Made by a program: the position numbers and the translations under genes
Notes under the pieces: generated by a model
What the model saw: the letters and a program-made list of their open reading frames with translations, nothing else
Told to the model about the DNA's origin: nothing
Database searches by the model: none
NCBI GenBank assembly: GCA_051294375.1
Contig: JBJCIZ010000239.1
Span: 1,754,581 to 1,818,580 of the forward strand
DNA length: 64,000 nt
Direction of reading: 5' to 3'
Source of the DNA: Paraspadella gotoi
Lineage: Eukaryota > Animalia > Chaetognatha
In this document: positions 1-14,314 of the stretch, piece after piece
Numbering within the stretch: the first letter of the stretch is position 1
How the letters are laid out: each line of letters opens with the position of its first letter

Positions 1-926
<926 letters not shown>

Positions 927-1370
927 TCACTGACTTACTGCGCGATTCGATTTGAGGAGGCAACGGAAGCTTTTCACTGCGAAAATAAATAGGGAAAACT
1001 TGGTGATTGGGGGGGAAAACAAGTAGACTAACTAATGCCACCAAAATGTATAATAATAACATAAAACGAGGAAAGCTTGAGTAACAAAAAAAAACCAACA
1101 AAAAATACCCAATAGGCAAAATTATGTAGAGCGAGTGGAATATGAGAGTCGAGTTTTTGGACAAATACAAAAAATAGGTATTAAAAAATTATAAACATAA
1201 TTTGAGCAACGGAAATAATAAAATCACAAGGTTTGATGGAATTTGATATGCACTTTATCGGTAATCACAGTTTTTTCCGCACGGGAAAAAAAATTGATAA
1301 TGACTAGCGGTTTTTAGGTTTCGAGCTTATATTAATATAAAACTCTTAAAATGTTTAGGCCTCTGGCAAT

Positions 1371-4300
1371 CTACATCGACGTCAAGGCTACGACTTCGGG
1401 TTCCTCGAATTCCGAGCGAGTCTTCAAACATCCCAGCGTCGCGCCGACGACGCCGACGAGAAAGATCAAGGACGCCCCAACGACGGTGCCGAAAAGAAGG
1501 CTATGAGCGCCGGGGCTGAGCATCCCGAGAGGGCGCTCCATCGCCGCGAAGGCGTCGACGCGATTCGTGGTCACGGACTCCGTCAGCCCCTGGCACCAGA
1601 GCAGCGAGAACATCCAAGGGGCGTTGGGGACCCAGACGTTGGAGGTGACGTTGTGACGAGCGAATTGGGACATGAGGGTCGACGGGAAGGCGCGTCCGAA
1701 GTGGATGTTGCGGTGAGTGAGGTTGCGGCGTAGGAAGTAGGAGAGATCGTCCACCAAGTCGTCGTTCTGCGGTGGTGGTCGTGGTGGTTTTTCCAATCAG
1801 AAATTTAACCACGGATAATTTTTAATTGATTTTAATTTTAATTCATATAAGGAAGGAACTTTTGACGCAACCAAGCATATTGTCGTATTGACATTGACTT
1901 ATCATAAATTTTGTTCTTGTGTCATTACATGTTCTCTTATTCAACAAATAAGTTAATTGGTATGTTAATTAGGAATACTAATAGAGCAAAGTAAGTATAC
2001 TGTTATTTTAGGACCATTTAGCTCTCTTACATTAAATAAATTTAATAGCTATTTCGTCTGATTCAGAGCCAAAACCTTTTCGAAAACGGTCCACCGAAAA
2101 TTCGACCGGACGTTGGAAAAATTTCCCGATCCAAAGGGAAACCAGGATTCTTCGGCGTTGAGCCAAACGTGTCGCGGGTCGACGCCCACTTCCGCGATGA
2201 CGTCCAACACTTTTTGAAGGAACTGGGATTTCGAGCGGAGACTTTTTATATTATTACGTTTATATTATAACGTTTTATCGTCGATTTATTTTATTATTTT
2301 CATTCATTACTGCATCGTCCGAGTCCGGGTGTTTGAAATCCCACAAGACGTCTTGATCCTTTTCTTTGGCGAGAAGAAGAAATTGGCGAAAAGTGAGGAT
2401 CGTTTGATTTTGCATCTCGGCGATCGAATACGGGGAGACCGAACCGGAGGACAAGGTCGAGGAAGGGTCGCGATCGACGAACCTTTCGAATGGGATGGGA
2501 ATGCGAATCGCGAAGGTCATGTTAAAATTTTTTTTTTTCTAATGTTTTTTTTTTTAAATTCGTCAGTCGTTGAGATTGCTTCATTTTAAAATCGACGATA
2601 ATTGTTCTTTCAATATTAATAATATCAATAATAATTATTATAATAATAATACTAATTATAATAATAATAATAACCGTCGAAAAAAATGAAGCCGGCCATC
2701 GATAATTTCGATCGAGTAAAAATTCGAACTGTGGCTGCCGTCGAAGAGGATCAAATACTTGAAGGACGAACGATCATCGACAATTTTAAAATTGTAAAAC
2801 CGATGTTAGCTTATTAAAACTATATATTGTTTAGGTCGATTTTATCTTTAAAAGATACATCGTTTAGAAAATTCTTTTTAAAAGCTACATAAAGTTAAAG
2901 TCGATCAAAATCACTTTTTTCAGCGTCGATCAAGACGAAAAGCGATAACGCTTTAATAACGACGACGACGACGACGACGACGACCACTATGCGCAACGGG
3001 GATCACGACGACCTTGAATTAAGCCTTAATTTAAGGCAACCATTAAACCATCCCCACTCCCCAGAGTATTATAAAAATGGAAATAAATGAATGGATAAGC
3101 AAAATAGAGACGTTTGGAGTCAATCTAATTTACATAAATATAAACTGTATATTTTACAGGATTATCATAAAAATAAAAATCATAAAATAATAAATATCAT
3201 AAAAATATAGTCCTGACTCTTACAATTTTTTTCTGGTGAAACGACAAATTCCTTTTAGTTTAAACCAATTATATTCTAAATGAATCAACACAGTTTACAA
3301 GTTTTCTTGCAGTTTTTCAACATCCAAGTAGGATTAATTTCGCATTCGTCGGCTTTGGCCCACGATTCGCAAGACTCAGCTCCGGGTTCCTGGTTAAAAA
3401 ACAAACAAATTTAAATCGATATGGATTTCATTTTAGCGCCTTACTTTCCATCCTCGATCGAGCGCACTCTTCTCGCTCGAGCGCTCTGTTGGACATGAAC
3501 TGTTTACCGCTTTGTAGACGTCTTCGCAAGGTCCGTCGCACAGACCGCAAGATCTGGTGCAAGCGGCCAGCATGTAGTTGGGATTCTTTTCGCACTCGCC
3601 CCAACCCGTCCATTCAACGCACCTTGGACCGATCAAAGTTCCTTAAAGTCTGTCTCTAATTACAGTCAAAATTCCTAATCCACACCGAATTCAATAAATG
3701 GCACAAGTACTTGTCGTTGTAATCGTTGCATCTCTCCTTCGGCTGCTCTTTGTCTATCTGCCCGAGTAGCTGGTCGCAGATTCCGCATGATTCCGGACAA
3801 TTGCCCAGCATGTAACCGGGGTTGCGATCGCACTCTCCCATTTTAGCCCACCTGGAAAAATGAGGCCAATACAATCCAAGCCCCCGATCATTTCCCTTCT
3901 CCAACCCCCTTCCCCTCACTTGGGGCAGGTCGGGTGCTCGTCTTCGCATTTAGATCTCCTATCCGCGCATTTATTGTCCGGGCATCGACACTCGCACTGA
4001 CGGTTGACGAAGCAGGGGGCGTGGCATCGCGCCTTTACCTTCTCGTCTTTACATTCCTCCTCGCATTTGTACATCACGTTCACGATCTTCTCGTCGGAAA
4101 AGGTGAGGTGCATGGACTTACCTTTATTTTTAAATGAAAGAGAATACAGTAACTAGTAACCACAAAGGTTTTTTGAAAGTCGTGTGTCATTTAACCCATG
4201 GTAAAAATGTAGCTGACGTCCTTGGGCATGATGGTGAACCCCGTCCCCATCCCAAAGGCCCAAGCTCCGTAATGCATGATGGAGCAGTAATCGTAAGAGA

Positions 4301-7300
4301 TGCTGTAGTTGGACGTGTCCAGCATCCGGCCAAAGTTGAACTTTTGATGGGGCCAGACGTTCCACCACCGGATGTTGAGGTATTTGTCGCGGTCGAGTCG
4401 GCATTGCTCGTGGTGGAGGCCGATGGCGTGGCCCAGCTCGTGGAGGGAGACCTGGACCGTTGGTTGAATGATAGTACCGGATATGCGCGACCCATTTCGA
4501 CACTTTTTTGGTCTGTTTGTATGCGTTAGTCTGTTTAACGTTGTATCCTTTCAACAAATCACGTTTAAATGGTTGATTGAATGAGGGAGAGCGTTTTGAG
4601 TAAGGAAAGATAAGTAAATCAGCAGAAATAAAAACCACACCGAAACGACAACAAACTGCTTCAAAAACTTCTTTAACCTGATGGTACATGCAGCTGGGTA
4701 TCGCCAGGGACACCCACTGCGCCCCATTGCCCTGCATGCCGACCATCGAGTAGCAACCGTTGTCGCTGTGGAACTCGATGAAGTTTCGGTGTCCGAGTTT
4801 TTCGGCGATGGAATCGTCGAAAGGCTCGAAGCGGAGGCAAGTCTTCTCCATCCATTCCTTTGAAATAGAGATGAGATGAGATGAGATGAGATGAGATGAG
4901 ATGAGATGATAGAGACAGACAGACTAACCTTCATCGAACTATAAACCATCGAGACGTCTACGCCGTCGTAATCAGACGAGAATTTAAAAGGAATCACTTT
5001 TTTCGACCACCTTTGGCAAACGAAAAAGAACTTTCAATAATAATATTATTTATTTGTTATTATTCATTTACTCCTTTCCACCGACCGCCATTTCTCGTCA
5101 AAGACTCCGGCGCCTGACCAATGACGAGTAGACTTGATGTCGAGCTCGTCCACGCCCGCGTCCGCCTTCGACGCCGCGGAATCCAAGATGGCGTCGATGG
5201 GACGATGACTCGTCTCTTGCAGCGGAAGTTTAAAACCGGAGAGGATCTCGTCGGACGTCAACTCGCGGGAAGAGTTGACGCCCACGACTGGGATTTTCAT
5301 AGAATAACATGTTTAAGAAAATCCATTAATACATGAAATTGATACAACCAATATAAAAATGTAGGGCTCTCGTTTTTTCAAGAATAACAATTAACCAGGA
5401 GTGTGAATGTACAATTTGTACATGTTTCACGCGACAATAAGGTGAAAAAGTCATTGGAAAGACATACGCCAAAAATTTTTTCCTTCATTATAAAAATAAA
5501 TCGATATCTTTTATAATAATATAAATATAGCAAAGGATTTAGGATAAATAACTTTAGATTCGAGAGATTCACTTCCGAAACATTCTACGTCGGAAACGAT
5601 AGCAAGATGTAAATGTAGCAGATTAATTTGTGAATTGTCTGAAATGAGATTAAGTTCCTCAATCTCATTTGCATATTGTCGTATTCTGATTAAGAGATAT
5701 CCCTCTGTTAGATAAATGAGATAAAACTTAAACTAAAGAACTTTAGTTCAAGTGGGAGTAGTTTAACACATCTCAAAGACTTACCGGCGACAAACGCGAC
5801 GGCGAAAAAAATTAGCGACTTCATCGCAGAAGAAAAAAAAACGACAAAAGAAAGAAAAAGCGAAAAATATAAAAATGGATCCGACGCGGGAAAAAAGCAG
5901 CTGCGGACGCGACGGCGATTTCATATTTTTTTTCTATCGATATCGCTTTGATTAATTAATCCGTGCGTCATCATTGTGGATTCGTATTTTATATATCTCT
6001 TTCATTTTATAACATATCGTTATCATTCATTAAAACTCAATCTCAACGACGGACGTGGAATGTAAGTTGTTTTAATATTTTTTTTAAAAAAGACGTCAGA
6101 CTTTGTCTGTCTCACCATTTCCCGGCGTTGAGTTGCCGAATCTGCGAGGAATTGAAAAAGGAAAAAGTTTCTTCTTTGAATCGAGGGAAGACTCGGGCGA
6201 CGTCCGTCGTTCGTTTTAAATTGTCGTCGTGGAACATGAAAAGTTCGCCGTCCTGGAAAAGGGGGAAATGTCTATTTCAACAATTATTTAAGGCAGTGAA
6301 ATACGTCGATGAATCATTGTTTTTACAATTTATACATTCAACGGGTATTAATTAAAAGACGGCACACTATTTCAAATAATAAATCCTGAAATAATATAAT
6401 TCCGAAAATCAAAAAAATCACCCTCATTCTACTTTGGATATCTGCAGATCGGACTCGAACCCCGAGCTCCCTCTCTCGGCGGCGATTCGAAAAGAGAGCC
6501 TCGTGTTCTCCGGCGCGAGGGTCGGCGATCCTCTGTGTCCGTTGAGCTTGGGCTTCGCGGGCGCCGCCGCCGTCACGCAGGGCAGCCAGCTGGGATTTCC
6601 CGCGAGAGCGAAGGGGAGGACGTCGACGCAGATGAGAGAGACGGAAAGGAGAGCTATGAGAAATATTATTAGATGTTAAATTAAGTATTAAGTACTTATT
6701 AGTCAATTAAATAAAATTAAATTATGTTTTTAATTTTACTTTCATTGAAAGTACGATAATGGAACTTTATTTACAAACAATATAAAATTCCATTTTAAAT
6801 TCCATTCTTTTTTCCACGCTTTTCTTAAATGAGATTGAAATGAACCACAAATTATTCTGCTACAAACGAATCGAATGGAGAGAAGAATCACAGTGCTGTG
6901 ACTTTCATAGATTAAATATTAAACAACTTTCATTCCTTCCTTTCATCTTTAAACTACGTAGAGAGAGACCAACCCCTCCCACCAAACCTTTCAACTAACC
7001 AGTTTCCACGTACAACCAAGCGGAAACTCTTCTCGAGTCTTTCTCGTAAATCCTAATGACGAGAATCTGCAAAGTCAATCCCAGGGCGAGAGTGAAACCC
7101 ACGATGAGCGTAATGTGAAGAAGGATCGCCGAGGAGATTAATTTCAGTTTCAAAGTGGCCCACCCTTTGAAGTAGACGGAGGAAACGAATCCCATCACCG
7201 AGAGAGAAAAGAAAAGGCAAACCACGGCGACGGCGAAGTGACAAGCCGCCACGAAGACCACGCCCACTCTGTCTCGCTTCGTTCGTCGCAGATGAACGAC

Positions 7301-7618
7301 GCCGACGACGGCGGCGACGACGACGGCGACGTAGACGAAGGCGGCGAGGGAGAGGCCGAAGCAGACGTCGAGGATCCACTGGAGCCAATGGCCGGAGACG
7401 CCGAAGGCGAATTCGAGCAGGTTGAGCCGGTCGTTCTCGGCGAAGGCTCTCCACCACACGACCCAGACGAGGAGGAGCGCGGCGGCGAGGACGAGAGCGA
7501 TCGACTTGATCGTGGAGTCGACGAGGCGCTTGGTCGAGAAGCCGCGTTTGAGAGGGGAGATGCGGCAGGCGACGACGGATTCGCAGCAGAGCAGCGTTTT
7601 GTCTCTCGCCGAAATCAT
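1371..7618 (-). CDS. Multi-pass membrane glycerophosphodiester phosphodiesterase (GDE2/GDE3/GDE6 = GDPD5/2/4 family), paralogue A; about 6 exons, with a 3.6-kb intron (2483-6115) hosting the astacin gene
   Basis: N-terminal TM exon 7000-7618; GHRGSPTLAPENT...GFESDLQIS (6434-6640); DGELFMFHDDNLKRTTDV...LNAGKW (6116-6255); FVDRDP...FLLLAKE (2310-2482); NVWVPNAPWMFSLLWCQG...VTTN plus C-terminal TM (1371-1770). Exon structure parallels paralogue B. Confidence 0.85.
3285..5824 (-). CDS. Secreted astacin (M12A) metalloprotease with three C-terminal ShKT domains, nested in the GDPD-A intron
   Basis: Signal peptide exon MKSLIFFAVAFVA (ATG 5824); WMEKTCLRF...GCYSMVG; zinc motif HELGHAIGLHHEQCRLDRD; Met-turn YDYCSIMHY; ShK motifs WAKMGECDRNPGYMLGNCPESCGIC, WTGWGECEKNPNYMLAACTRSCGLC and WAKADECEINPTWMLKNCKKTCKLC-stop. 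Confidence 0.93.
4868..4909. repeat. (GAGAT)n microsatellite in an astacin intron
   Basis: About 8 tandem GAGAT units. Confidence 0.9.
5614..5694 (+). repeat. Dispersed ~80-bp hairpin repeat, copy 1
   Basis: tgtagcagattaatttgtg...aaatgagattaagttcctcaatctcatttgcatattgtcgtattctgattaag; near-identical to 13711-13791. Confidence 0.85.
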
Positions 7619-8082
7619 TTTTCTTTGTTTTTCTTTTTGTTTTTTTTTTTTTTTTGAGATCTTTACGAAATGGAAATCGATCCGAAGCTTCTTGAAAATA
7701 ACTGGAACAAAAAGAAAAGTGAAATGTCCAAATATTGTGCATCAACATCATTATAAGCGCCAAAAGGCAGGTTAAAACCGTAACATATCGTAAAATATTA
7801 ATGGAATGTTGTGAAACATTGCGAATACTATTTTCTAGTAGATACGAACGTGAGAGATGAAATCTTTTTTCCATCAAACTGGCACAAAAAAATTTGATAA
7901 ATGGACGGGGAATTAAAACAGCAAAATTGGTTAAATTTGAATGGTAAGGCAAACATATCAAGTTCATTATTGTTTTGCGCTCTTAACTTGTTTATTCAAT
8001 GAATTTCCTGTTGAAGTTTCGGTAATAATAATTCATGTTAGTCGTCACAAATACGCCATCTAATCCTAGGCCGCAACTCTCT

Positions 8083-11000
8083 TTAAAATCTCGTTATCGC
8101 CTCCAAAGAACTCTCAGCGGTCAATCGGTCCCTTGGCCGGCACTTGACGGTTACAACAACGACAACTACGAGAATAACGATCGAGATAACTATCATCCCC
8201 GCGCATGCGCCGCGGAACGTCGCCGGACTCATGAACCCTTGCGGACGCGTCATGGCTGCTAATTCGCGTACGGAGTCGGTGGTGACCGAGGCCACCGCCC
8301 CCGTGCACCAGAGCAGAGAGTAGAGCCACTCGGCGTTGGCCACCCAAACGTTGGTGGTGACGTTGGCTTCAGCGAAGCGAAGAGACGTCGAGGGTGGAAA
8401 TGCGCGGGAAAAATGGACGTTGCGGTTCCTGATGTTTTTGGCGAGGTAATAATCTAGGTTGTCCACTTCGTCGTGCTGAGAAAACGAGGAAAGAGTTAAG
8501 ATGGTTGGGGTGGGAGAATCGTTTTTCGTTTCAAGTGGGCAAAATAAGTAAGAGTTAAATTTTTAGAATATTACTGAATGAGACCGAGTTCATCAATTCC
8601 ATTTGCATATAGTAGTAAATTATTTTAGGTTCCACTGGTTTATGTTTAGTTTTAACATTAGGCCTATTTTGGGGTTTTATGATGCTTTTTTATATTGTTT
8701 AAATGTTTCCTAGATAATTCTATGATATTTTTTTATTTCGATAATTTGTAATCAATTAATTACAAATTTGAAATTAATTTAATTAATTTAATTTGAAATT
8801 TTGTTTTTCTGATATTTTTTATTAAATCTATTTAATGAGTATAAAATGTTAATGTTTTCAGTTAAAAAAAACCGTTTTGCCTACATTTGCATATTAAATT
8901 ATAATTTTTTACATTTTTACATCATAAAATAAAATATCGAAATCATTCAAAAACGAGGCATAACAATCAAACGCCAAACAATCAATGATAAGAAGGTAAT
9001 GTCGATTAAGGTCACTAGCCTGACCTCGGGTTTTTAATAAGTTGATTATGGTCAAAGTCGTTCTCGCTGTTGTTGTAGTTGTCGCCACACTTTTATACTC
9101 GTTGCAATGCCCAACTACTTTACATAATAATAATTAATGATGGCGTTCAAAGAAAATAAAATATCAAGCCTCCTTACTCACATAGTTACTAATGGTCCAG
9201 CGAAAGGCGTCACTGTTATTTTTATAATAACGACTCGCGCCAGGAGGAAACCAGGAGAGAGAAGCGTCGAGCCACACGAGGGAGGGATCGATTCCCACTT
9301 CGGCGATGATAGTCAATACTCGTTGCAAATTCTGGGGGGGGGATGAGACGGACGGACAAATATCATTGATCGACCGAGAGACTTATTTACAAATTTATAA
9401 ATTCGTTTATAGAATTTACGGACAGCACGATAAAGGGATTTATAGAAGAGGCAGATAATGAAAAGGTGGAAACGCGGATAGGTTTATTCCCAAATTTTGG
9501 ATGTTCTCACTCTTCCATAGAGGCTGACGTATTTGAAGTCCCAGACGACGCTCTGATTTTCTTCCTTCGCGATGAACAAAAAATCTCGGAAAGAAGGGAT
9601 GGACTGATTGCGGACGGAGGAGGAGGAGGAGGGGATGAGACCGGAAGAGAAGGAATTGGAAGGATCGCGATCCAGAAACCTGGGAATCGGGGAATGAATG
9701 AATGAATGAATGAATGAATGAATGAATGAATGAATGAATGAACAATTCAAACAAAGGAAAGGAAAGAAAAAAAGGAAAGAGGAAAGGAAATAAAAAGAAA
9801 GAAAAGAGGATAGGAAAGAGGATAGGAAAGAGGAAAGGAAAGAGGAAAGGAAAGAGGAAAGGAAAGAGGAAAGGAAAGAGGAAAGGAAAAAGGAAAGGAA
9901 AGAGGAAAGAAAAAAGGAAAGGAAATAGAAAAAAAAGAAAGAAAAACAAAAGAAAAATAAAAACAAATACAGACATAATAAAAATCACAAACAAATTATA
10001 AACATCCTTCAACCCTCAAAACTCCTACTCCTTCTCACCATTGTCCCGCATTGAGAGATCGAATTTGCTCAGAGGTTAAAGAGGAAAGAGTTAAATCCGT
10101 GGGATTCGTGAAGACTTGTTCAATGTTAGTCGTCCGCGTCAAGAATTTGTCGTGAAACATGAAGGGTTCGTCGTCCTGACGAATGAGAGGTTTATTTATT
10201 TATTTATTCATGTGTTTCCTCAATATTTTCCTTCTCTCTCACCCACGACATCTGAAGGTCAGACTCAAATCCGTGGCTTCCCTCGCGGACCGCGGTGATA
10301 AAGGAGAGAGGCGTGTTTTCCGGCGCGAGCTTCAACGCCCCCTTGTGGCCCATGAGTTTTGGCTTTGGCGGGAGCGAGTCTCTAACGCAGGGCATCCAGG
10401 TCGGGTGGCCGACGAAGATGAAGGGGAGGATGTAGGATATCAAAAGGAGAAGAGAGACGAAGGCTGAAGAGGTGTTGGAACAAATCAACGAACTAAAAGA
10501 ATTAAAAAAACTAATAAACAAATTAACGAAAGAAGTGAAAAAAATTATAAAGGAATGAACAAATAAAACAAAATAATTTAAAAAAAACTAACAAAAGGGA
10601 TCTTTTTTTCCCCGTTACCAGTTTCCAAGTAGAGATAACGACATCGCCGGCTCTTGGCTCCGTAGTAGCCCAACTCCCGCAGCGCGACCAACTGCAACAG
10701 GCATCCCTCAACTACGGTCAGCAAGGCGATGGCTCCCAAGTGCAGACCCACGGAGGAAAAGACGATCGCGAGCCGCAGCGTGTCCCATCCTTCCGAGTAG
10801 AGTTTGTCGAAGAGAAAAACTGCGGCCAAACTTCCGGCGATGCCGAGTAGAGAGACGACGAAGTGAACCGGATGAACGTCGAATTGGCAACAGTTTCCGC
10901 CCCGCAATCTCTTCCGGTGGAGGACGACGACGACGGCGACGACGGTCAAGAGGGAATAGAGAAGAGTGACGAGGGAGAGACCGAAGAGAAGGCGGATCCA

Positions 11001-11235
11001 GTCGAACCAGGAACCGAGATTCTCGTAAAAGTAATTGAGGAGATTGAGACGATCGTTGTCTCGGAAGGCGCGCCACCATCCGACCCAGAGGAGGAGGAGG
11101 GAGGAGGAAAGGAGGAGGAGGAGGAGAGAGACGGAGGCGCAGAGGGATCGTTTGATCGAGGGATCGCAGGGGAGGAGGGGGGAGGCGGCAGGCGGGGAGG
11201 CACTCGATGGCGGAGAAGAGTTTATCGAGGGACAT
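8083..11235 (-). CDS. GDE2/GDPD5-family glycerophosphodiester phosphodiesterase, paralogue B (tandem duplicate); probable indel error in exon 1
   Basis: TM exon 10620-11235; PKLMGHKGALKLAPENTPLSF...GFESDLQ; FMFHDKFLTRTTN...LNAGQW; FLDRDP; NVWVANAEWLYSLLWCTG...VTTDS plus C-terminal TM. Confidence 0.85.
9692..9920. repeat. (GAAT)n microsatellite followed by a 12-bp (GGAAAGAGGAAA)n minisatellite, intronic
   Basis: Direct inspection; explains the low-complexity ORFs at 9440-10012. Confidence 0.9.
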
Positions 11236-11705
11236 TTGGGGAGGGGGGGAGAGGCGCTGAAACGAAGCGTAAATAAAAAAAAAATTGTGGAGAGAAATAA
11301 TTTACACGAAATGTTGATTTACATAGAAAAGGTTTGGAGGGCGTGGCTCTCGCTAATGAGAATCGATAAGACGATTGTTAATAGAAAATGATTCTGGAAT
11401 TTAGACTCCGACAAAAAAAAAAAAAAAAAAAAAAAAAAACCGAAGCGGACTTTGAACTTTTCACTTCCGTTTCGAAAGCGAAAAACACTTCTGGTTTATA
11501 CAGAGGGAAATGGAGGTGAGATAGAAACAAAATGTGTTTGCGACATTTTGTTTTGTGTTTGTTTTGCGAAAAATAAACATACAGATATAAATACAGTACT
11601 GTCGACCGATAGACGCGACATTTCCAAGAAATCGACGGTTTGGGAATGAATGACAACTCGAGTAAGGTCGGTCCCGAAATGACTAGAAAGTTTTACGAAT
11701 TTTGA

Positions 11706-12831
11706 TCAGTTTTCGTGCAAGACTCTGTTGAAGGCGTTGAAGGAAGACTCCAGGTCGAATATGAGTTGCCGCACTTGGGATTCGTCCAACTCGTCCGATG
11801 CCTGAGAAAAAGGGAGAATATCACGAATTAATTAATATGCAATATTTTATATTCTCAACGAATATAAATTGAACCTGCATCTCGTCCAAAGTCTTGAGCC
11901 ACGAATTAACTTTGTGCTTCCCTTCGAAATCCGGCGGGATCATGGACAACCGATTCATGGTTTCCAAGAGTTCCCTGAAGATAAAGAAAAGATCGACGAT
12001 GAAGGTAAGTCAGGGAAGTCGAAATCCTGTACCTCACCTCAAATCTGGTTGAATCTCGTCGTTGGCTTTGATTTCCAATTTGAGTTTATCCATGACGGTG
12101 ATGAAAAGGGAGACGATGTCGGCGATACACTTGCTAGTGTTTCCTAATTAAAATATTGATAGTTAATATAGTTAAAGTTATAAAAATCAAAAAATGTAAA
12201 TGAAACTTTATTTTTTTTAAACAGTATGCACTATGCAGTAGTGAACACTTTAGTAAACAATATGTTGGAGGCGGATTTATATTATTTGCCAGCGGGCGAA
12301 GGTGGAGCGGGAACGCGTCGCATCGCATCCGGCTCCAACAAATACAAAAGCATTTTGCCGAAAGAATTGACAAGTCACAACAACAACAAATCCTCACCCT
12401 TGTCGTCCTTGATCGTAATGGGCCTCTCCTCCCTGATTCTCTCCAACGCGGCGGGGCAATCGAGTCGAAACTTTTTGACGAACGACTCGACTGTCGGGAA
12501 CTCGTCCGACTGAACCATCTTGAAGGCGGCCTTGTATTGGACCAAGAGTTTGGAGCAGGCGGCCGTATATTCCTTCGGCGTCACCGCGTCCTTAATGTAG
12601 GCCTTCTCCAGCTGCTGTATCGTGTTGATGACCGAGTAGAGGTCGGCCATCGTGTCGTACTTTTCTCGTTCGCGGGCGGATCTATGAATGTACAAAAAGC
12701 ATTTGACCGAAAGGTAGGCTTAAGCCCGTCTGGCGAGATAAAAAGATCTTCCGTAGTCCGTACCTGTACAATTTAACCTCTTCCATCAGCTCCTGACGCA
12801 TTGGGGCGTTCGAACTCGAGTAGGCCGCCAT
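11706..12831 (-). CDS. VPS28: ESCRT-I subunit VPS28
   Basis: [40 protein letters not shown]...[24 protein letters not shown]; [16 protein letters not shown]; [28 protein letters not shown]. Confidence 0.95.
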
Positions 12832-13100
12832 ATTTAGTACTCTATTGATAGAGCGTTAGTTTTTGCCTTTCTTTTTTTTTTATTTTTGGGCTTTCTAACA
12901 ACTCTGCATCACAGAAATACATAAATAATTGAGTGTCACTATGCGATTTAAGACAAAAAAATAGACAAATCATGCGATGGGTTATGGCCGACTTTTATCT
13001 ATAATTGCCCAATCGTCGTCCTAATAAAAATAATAAAAATTCCGAGAAACAGTTTAAGTTTCTTGAATTAACAAAACGACGAGGCAAGTTATTTTTTTTT

Positions 13101-14314
13101 TTAATCCAGGGTCCACAGTAATTTAACCGCGGTGGTGATTCCGACGTCGGTAACGTTGAAATGAATGAGACCTTGGAAAAATAAATATAAGGAATACATA
13201 CGATAATTGATTAATTTTATACTTTAATTTTACATATATTTACCGACGAGGGTGATAATTGTAAAAAAGTAAAGGATGGCGATGCATAACTTTCCGAATC
13301 TCGGGTCCACTGGTTTGTTCATGATCAACTTTCGACACAAGTAATCTTTGAAAACGCCCTGAACGAAAAGAGCGGGATAAAAAAGTCAAACGATGATAAA
13401 ACTGAACAAAATAAAGCGATATATTGAATTATGAACAGAGTTGACCTACCTCGAGACCCCAGTGAAAATGCAGTACGACGATGAAACACAAGACGCAGTC
13501 GAGGAACCAATTCTGAGCCAAAAAAGCCACCGGGATTGCGATGACGGAGAGAACCGCGAAGACCCTTTCCACGGTCCAGTGCAACGACGGCAACATCCCA
13601 GCTTTGCCAATTCCCTCGAGTCTTGAGTCGGAGAAACGCAAAGAGAGAAAACGTTGGGTCACTCGAATTCCTTCAACAATCAACATCTTCCTCCAAGAGT
13701 CGACATCATTTGTAGCAGATTAATTTGTGGATTATCTCAATTGAGATTGAGTTCCTCAATCTCATTTGCATATTGTCGTATTTTGATTAAGCTTTGATAA
13801 ATATTTGTTCTATTGCCTTAAAGGTTTAATATTAATATTTTACATTAGTAACTGATCATGTGTTTTGTGGTTCAATTAATAGCTAAATAATTAATGATTT
13901 AATTATCATAATTGCTAGTTTACTACTTTAATCTTGGTTCCAGACTCACCTTGCTGTGGTGGAGAGAACTTTACGCAATTCCTCCGGGGGTTTAAATGTG
14001 ACGACGGGTTGGGATATGGTGGGTTGCTTCATCAGAGTGCACTAAAGAAAAATGGGGCCGGGTGGTGAAATGGATATGAAGCGGGAAATTAAGACTGGTG
14101 GGTAACGTTTCGTTCTTGAGGGAATATAATTTTTTTTATACTTGACGAGATAGAGAGATTAAGCAAACCGAAATTAAAAATAAATTATAATATAACGCCC
14201 GATTTCCCCACAAATTTCACTGAGCGTCACAGATCAATTCTCATGACTCACCGACAACGCCCCGCCGAGACGGCAAAACCTCGTGGGCGCCATCAACAAT
14301 CGCGATAAAGCCAT
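13101..14314 (-). CDS. SDHD: Succinate dehydrogenase cytochrome b small subunit
   Basis: Mitochondrial-type presequence MALSRLLMAPTRFCRL; SLHWTVERVFAV...LHFHWGLE..DY; GLIHFNVTDVGITTAVKLLW. Confidence 0.85.
13711..13791 (+). repeat. Dispersed ~80-bp hairpin repeat, copy 2 (SDHD intron)
   Basis: Contains a perfect 10-bp stem tgagattgag-ttc-ctcaatctca followed by atttgcat. Confidence 0.85.

Noticed and set aside
9440-10012. Hydrophobic or basic ORFs (FPFL, GKRK repeats)
   Set aside because: These are translations of intronic micro- and minisatellites.
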